64,000 nt of DNA, taken from assembly GCA_965208325.1 (NCBI GenBank), contig OZ242326.1:1280001-1344000 (forward strand). Reading direction: 5' to 3'. A program made the translations under genes and the position numbers. Source of the stretch: Candidatus Poribacteria bacterium. Lineage in GTDB: Bacteria > Poribacteria > WGA-4E > PCPOR2b. The notes under the pieces were generated by a model. That model saw only the letters and a program-made list of their open reading frames with translations. It ran no database searches and was not told where the DNA came from. Below, piece after piece: positions 59,687 to 64,000 of the stretch (position 1 is the stretch's first letter; every line of letters begins with the position of its first letter).

Positions 59687-60768
59687 GAGTCCTGTTGAAT
59701 TTCCTCAATAATAGCATCTGTCATTTCGACAGTGCCAACCGTCTTCAACCCCGGCTGTTGGATATCGACAGTGCGGAATCCCTTGTCAATGGCACGGTCA
59801 ACGGCGTTTTCAACCACCGCAGCCTCATTGTTGAGATTGAAAGTGTGACGAAGCAGCAGCGCCGCGCTGAGGATGGCAGCGATTGGATTGGCGATGCCAT
59901 TTCCTGCGATGTCCGGCGCCGTGCCGTGGATTGGTTCATATAATCCCTGAATTGAATGCCCGTAGCTTGCCGAGGGACACATTCCGAGTGAACCCACCAA
60001 TGCGCCGGCTTCATCAGAGAGAATATCTCCGAATATGTTCCCGGTCACGATAACGTCAAATTGACTCGGATTTTGAATGATGAAATATGCGCACGCGTCA
60101 ATTAGTATATGCTCGATTTCCACATCAGGAAAATCGAGGCTGACTTTGGCTGCCACCTCACGCCACAGCCTTGAACTTTCAAGCATGTTCTCTTTCGTCA
60201 CGGAGGTCAGCTTTTTAGATCGCTTTCTCGCCAAATCAAAGCTGGCACGCACCACACGATCGACTTCTCTGGTCGAGTAAGACATGGTATTGAACCCGCG
60301 TTCCCCATCGGGTTCCGTCACGAATCCTCTCGGTTCGCCGTAGTAAATGCCGCCAGCCAACTCGCGGATGACGATAAAATCCAAGCCTTCGCCGATAAGG
60401 TCTGCCTTAACGGGTAAAACGGGAGCGAGCGCTTGCCTACCCCGAATCGGGCGGAGGTTCACAAAGAGATCCAGCTCTTTGCGAATGGCGGCTACGGCTC
60501 GTTCGGGGCGTTCTTCACTGGGCACATCATCCCAACTAGGCCCGCCCGCGGCGCCGAATAGGATTGCATCGGACAACTTGCAAAGATCCAACGTTTTGGG
60601 CGGCAAAGCCGTCCCCATCTGATCAATAGCGCAACCGCCGATTAGGGCGTATTCGTATTCAAAGCGATGTCCATATTTCTCTTGAATTGCGTTTAACACT
60701 CGAACTGCTTCGGTGGTTACCTCTTGTCCGATTCCGTCTCCGGGCAACACACTAATTTTTGCGTCCAT
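59683..60768 (-). CDS. leuB: 3-isopropylmalate dehydrogenase
   Basis: PGDGIG, NLRP, RELAGGIYYGEP, NIFGDILSDE, EPIHGTAPDIAG. Confidence 0.93.
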   Translation of the reverse strand: MDAKISVLPGDGIGQEVTTEAVRVLNAIQEKYGHRFEYEYALIGGCAIDQMGTALPPKTLDLCKLSDAILFGAAGGPSWDDVPSEERPERAVAAIRKELDLFVNLRPIRGRQALAPVLPVKADLIGEGLDFIVIRELAGGIYYGEPRGFVTEPDGERGFNTMSYSTREVDRVVRASFDLARKRSKKLTSVTKENMLESSRLWREVAAKVSLDFPDVEIEHILIDACAYFIIQNPSQFDVIVTGNIFGDILSDEAGALVGSLGMCPSASYGHSIQGLYEPIHGTAPDIAGNGIANPIAAILSAALLLRHTFNLNNEAAVVENAVDRAIDKGFRTVDIQQPGLKTVGTVEMTDAIIEEIQQDS

Positions 60769-60868
60769 TTATTCTCCATAACATTTTATTTTATTGATAA
60801 AGCCTCAATAGCTTGGATTTTTGGGAAGGTGTATTTATTGAATAGCCCCGGATCAATGCGGCCATTCA

Positions 60869-61987
60869 TTACAATTTAAGATAACTCAAGGCGGTCACAA
60901 GAATATAGGCGGCAATGAGGATGACGCCGAAGGGCCGCTTCAACTTGTCTCCCGATGCAAATATCCCAACCCGAAAAACGACCAAAATGAACAACATTAG
61001 CGGGAAAAGGAGTTTGAAGAAGTGCGGCGGTGCTTCTAATCCGCCGCTTGTCACTGCCGCAGCCGCGCCAGCGACAAAAAGAACGTTGAGGATGTCGGCG
61101 CCGATGACGTTTCCAACGGCGAGCCCTCCGTGTCCCCTGCGTGCAGCGGTGACGGCGGTAACGAACTCAGGAAGCGAGGTACCGAACGCCACCAATGTCG
61201 CGGCAATGATACTTTCGGGGACATTTACTCTTTCGGCGACAATCTTGACAGCCGGAATCAGCACCGATGACGCGCCAACTACCAATATGATGCCGACCAA
61301 CAATTTAATGCCGACCAGAAAGGTATTGGCAGAACTGTCTTCGTGGAGATGTTCTTCCGGTGCGCCGCCAGCATCGCGTGACCAGCGAATAGACTGCCAC
61401 ATGTACACAACGAGCAACACAAGAAAGACAAATCCCATGAACCGGGGGAGCCGGCCTCCGGTTTCAAAAGTTTCATTCAATGAACCAAAAGGGAGACAGG
61501 CAATTACCAGCAAAAACCCTGCTCCCAATTGGATCCAACCCTGACGATTGACAATTTTTCGATTGAGCGGCAGCGGTGCAATCAGTGCGGCAGTGCCTAG
61601 AATGAGTCCGGTATCGCAAATGATTGAACCGACAGCGTTCCCGAGCGCGATATCCGGATCGCCCTGAATAGCGGCGAATACGGAAACTGCAGCTTCAGGC
61701 GTTGTTGTCCCAAGGCTGACAATCGTCGCACCGATAAGCGTTTGCGGGACGCCCCACCGCGTTGAAAGGGTGACGGCTTGCGCCACCAGCATATCTGCAC
61801 CTTTCCCAAGGAGATAAAGCGTGACTGCGATAATGACAAACAGCCAGACGATGTGGAGATTGCCAATCTTGGATTCAATCCAACCTTCGATTCCGTGAGC
61901 CTCATGAGTTTCCGCAGGGTCCCCATGTGCGATTAGACTGAAGAAGAGGAGTGCAATGATTAAAACGCCGATTGATTTTCGTGTCAT
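60869..61987 (-). CDS. Ca2+/Na+ antiporter (CaCA, YrbG-like)
   Basis: Two alpha repeats, SLGTTTPE..GNAVGS and AFGTSLPE..GNVIGA. Confidence 0.9.
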   Translation of the reverse strand: MTRKSIGVLIIALLFFSLIAHGDPAETHEAHGIEGWIESKIGNLHIVWLFVIIAVTLYLLGKGADMLVAQAVTLSTRWGVPQTLIGATIVSLGTTTPEAAVSVFAAIQGDPDIALGNAVGSIICDTGLILGTAALIAPLPLNRKIVNRQGWIQLGAGFLLVIACLPFGSLNETFETGGRLPRFMGFVFLVLLVVYMWQSIRWSRDAGGAPEEHLHEDSSANTFLVGIKLLVGIILVVGASSVLIPAVKIVAERVNVPESIIAATLVAFGTSLPEFVTAVTAARRGHGGLAVGNVIGADILNVLFVAGAAAAVTSGGLEAPPHFFKLLFPLMLFILVVFRVGIFASGDKLKRPFGVILIAAYILVTALSYLKL

Positions 61988-61993
61988 ATTATG

Positions 61994-63472
61994 TCAGTTG
62001 GCAGTCTGAATATAGTTGATTGCCCGATCCAACCTTTCAACCACTTTCTCCCTGCCTAGCAGGGCGATAATGTCAAACAATCCCGGACCGCCGGAAACGC
62101 CGGTGAGGGCGATTCTTAACGGCTGCATCCCGCGAATTCGTTTGATTTTCTTTTCGTCAAGGTAATACCACATTGCAGTTTCGATGTTTTCCATCTCAAA
62201 CACTTCGATTGACTTTAAGACCTCACGCAAACCTTGCAGAATTGCGGCAGGGCCGCCTTTCCACCACTTCTTGATTGCCCGCGGGTCATAGTCAAAGTTG
62301 TCCGTGAAGAAGTAGCCGTAGTCGGCAATATCCGCCAAAGTTGTCATTCGATCCCCAACCGACTCGACAATCTTCTCTAACCGAGCTTGGCAATCTTTCG
62401 TTACGTCGGTTTCCAACAACCCGCTCTTCCGCAGAAAAGGGAGAACCGCATTGGTCCGCTCAGTCAAGTCAAGGTTCATAATGTACGTTTTATTCAGCCA
62501 TTGGAGTTTGTTAATGTCGAAGACACCCTCACTTCTCCCGATTCGCTCGACGTTGAATTTCTCAACCAGTTCGTCCAGAGAGAATATTTCCGATTTGTCG
62601 TCGTAAGACCAGCCCAGCCGAACGAGGAAGTTTATCATTGCCTCCGGCAAATAACCATCTTCGCGGTATTTTCCCACAGCAACCAAATCTCCGTGGCGCC
62701 GTTTACTGAGTTTTTCACCTTTGCTGCTTCCAAGCACCAGCGGCAAGTGCGCAAAAACCGGCAATTCAAATCCGAGGGCGCGACAGATTAAGATTTGTTT
62801 CGGGGTATTGGATAGGTGATCTTTACCGCGAATAACATGGGAAATCCCCATCTCGTGGTCATCAATTGCCGACGTGAAATTATACAAAGGATAACCGTTG
62901 GATTTGACAATAATGAAGTCATCGAGGGCATCGGCTTCAAATGTAACATCGCCTTGAACCAAATCGCGCACGATTATTGCGCTGTCCGATATTTTTAGCC
63001 TAACCGTCGGTTTTCGACCAGCTGCGTTTAGCCTGCTTCGATCCTGCTCTGTCAAGTGTCTACATATTCCAGCATAGTGAGGCTGACGTCCTTCAGCGAA
63101 GGCGTTTTCGCGCATCTGCTTCAATTCGTCAGCGGTGCAATAGCAACAATAAGCATCACCACTGTCAAGCAACATATGTACGTATTCTTGATAGAGGTTT
63201 TGGCGTTCGGATTGGATATACGACCCACAATCCCCGCCCGCAATGGGACCTTCGTCCCAAGTGAGTCCCAGCCATTCTAACAACTCATAGATTGACCGCG
63301 TGGATTCGTCCGTAGATCTGGATTCATCAGTATCGTCAATTCGGAGGATAAATTTTCCGCCAAAATGTCTTGCAAAAAGCCAGTTAAATAGCGCGGTGCG
63401 CGCTCCCCCGATGTGGAGGGATCCGGTTGGAGACGGTGCGAAGCGGACTCTAACCGGTTTATCCGATACCAT
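61994..63472 (-). CDS. gltX: Glutamate--tRNA ligase
   Basis: RFAPSPTG.LHIGG and KLSKR; anticodon-binding domain present. Confidence 0.96.
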   Translation of the reverse strand: MVSDKPVRVRFAPSPTGSLHIGGARTALFNWLFARHFGGKFILRIDDTDESRSTDESTRSIYELLEWLGLTWDEGPIAGGDCGSYIQSERQNLYQEYVHMLLDSGDAYCCYCTADELKQMRENAFAEGRQPHYAGICRHLTEQDRSRLNAAGRKPTVRLKISDSAIIVRDLVQGDVTFEADALDDFIIVKSNGYPLYNFTSAIDDHEMGISHVIRGKDHLSNTPKQILICRALGFELPVFAHLPLVLGSSKGEKLSKRRHGDLVAVGKYREDGYLPEAMINFLVRLGWSYDDKSEIFSLDELVEKFNVERIGRSEGVFDINKLQWLNKTYIMNLDLTERTNAVLPFLRKSGLLETDVTKDCQARLEKIVESVGDRMTTLADIADYGYFFTDNFDYDPRAIKKWWKGGPAAILQGLREVLKSIEVFEMENIETAMWYYLDEKKIKRIRGMQPLRIALTGVSGGPGLFDIIALLGREKVVERLDRAINYIQTAN

Positions 63473-63555
63473 TCTAATTTTTACCCCCGCTTTGAAAACA
63501 ATCTCGACGTGTATTGCATTGAAAATTGATACACTTTAGGGTATTTTAGCCAAGT

Positions 63556-64000
63556 TTAGAGTGAAGCAAATTCAACCGAATCAAGTGTCAACTCTTGCGT
63601 CAGATAGCCTGCCGTAATCTCCGCTGAATGTTCAAAGATAAGCAACCAGTTTTCCTGCCGGGCCTGCTTGAGCATTCGTTCCTTGGTCTCCATCGTAGTC
63701 ATCGGAAACAGATCGTAACCCATGACATAGTGAGTTTTTAGGTGCGACGGCGTGGGAACTAGATCAGCAAGAAAACAGGCAATTTTACCTTCAGACCGCA
63801 CGACCACGACCTGATGATTTTTCGTGTGGCCTGGCGCGGACTGCACTGACACGCCGGGCGCTATCTCTTGGTCATGAGACGTAAGCACCACCTGCCCGCG
63901 CTTTATGAGCGGTTCCCAAGTGTACGGGAGATAACTGGGTTTGCTACGCGGGTCCGGCTGCTCGGCGTATGCAAGTTCGCCCCGATTGATGTAATATTCA
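63556..64000 (-). CDS. MBL-fold metallo-hydrolase (YtnP-like), 5' end outside the window
   Basis: Frame is open to the window edge: EYYINRGE...PGHTKNHQ...ADLVPT..H..YVMGYDLFP..FEH. Confidence 0.85.
   Translation of the reverse strand, partial: EYYINRGELAYAEQPDPRSKPSYLPYTWEPLIKRGQVVLTSHDQEIAPGVSVQSAPGHTKNHQVVVVRSEGKIACFLADLVPTPSHLKTHYVMGYDLFPMTTMETKERMLKQARQENWLLIFEHSAEITAGYLTQELTLDSVEFASL

Noticed and set aside
1..64000. CRISPR arrays, cas genes, prophage or defence islands
   Set aside because: No regularly spaced repeats or recognisable cas, phage or transposase proteins were seen.

Overview
Bacterial chromosomal window with about 45 CDSs and no recognisable rRNA, intact tRNA, CRISPR array or transposase. 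The gene repertoire suggests Candidatus Poribacteria (inference, not a database result): PhyH dioxygenases, a DUF6785-type membrane protein, a trypsin-TPR fusion and secreted proteins ending in a 'KLAxxWGxLK' tail. Housekeeping genes include rpsA, metK, ahcY, a PfkB kinase, trpF, a fusA paralogue, radC, ilvD, hppA, folC, glyA, murJ, pdxH, leuB and gltX. Accessory content includes a putative non-phosphorylative L-fucose/L-rhamnose cluster, an orphan TAXI binding protein bracketed by inverted REP-like elements, and a TonB-dependent receptor. The standout is a 12-kb six-gene operon (about 21.9-34.2 kb). Its first gene encodes a ~2,480-aa signal-peptide-bearing membrane protein that fuses a catalytically degenerate M28-peptidase fold, two LysM modules carrying Ca-binding-type repeats, very large helical insertions and a MacB/FtsX permease. 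It is followed by an unannotated 59-aa two-TM microprotein, an OPT-like transporter, a duplicated-domain cytoplasmic protein, a PqqD/RRE-like protein and a LolD/MacB-type ABC ATPase. All family calls come from reading motifs by eye; no searches were run.
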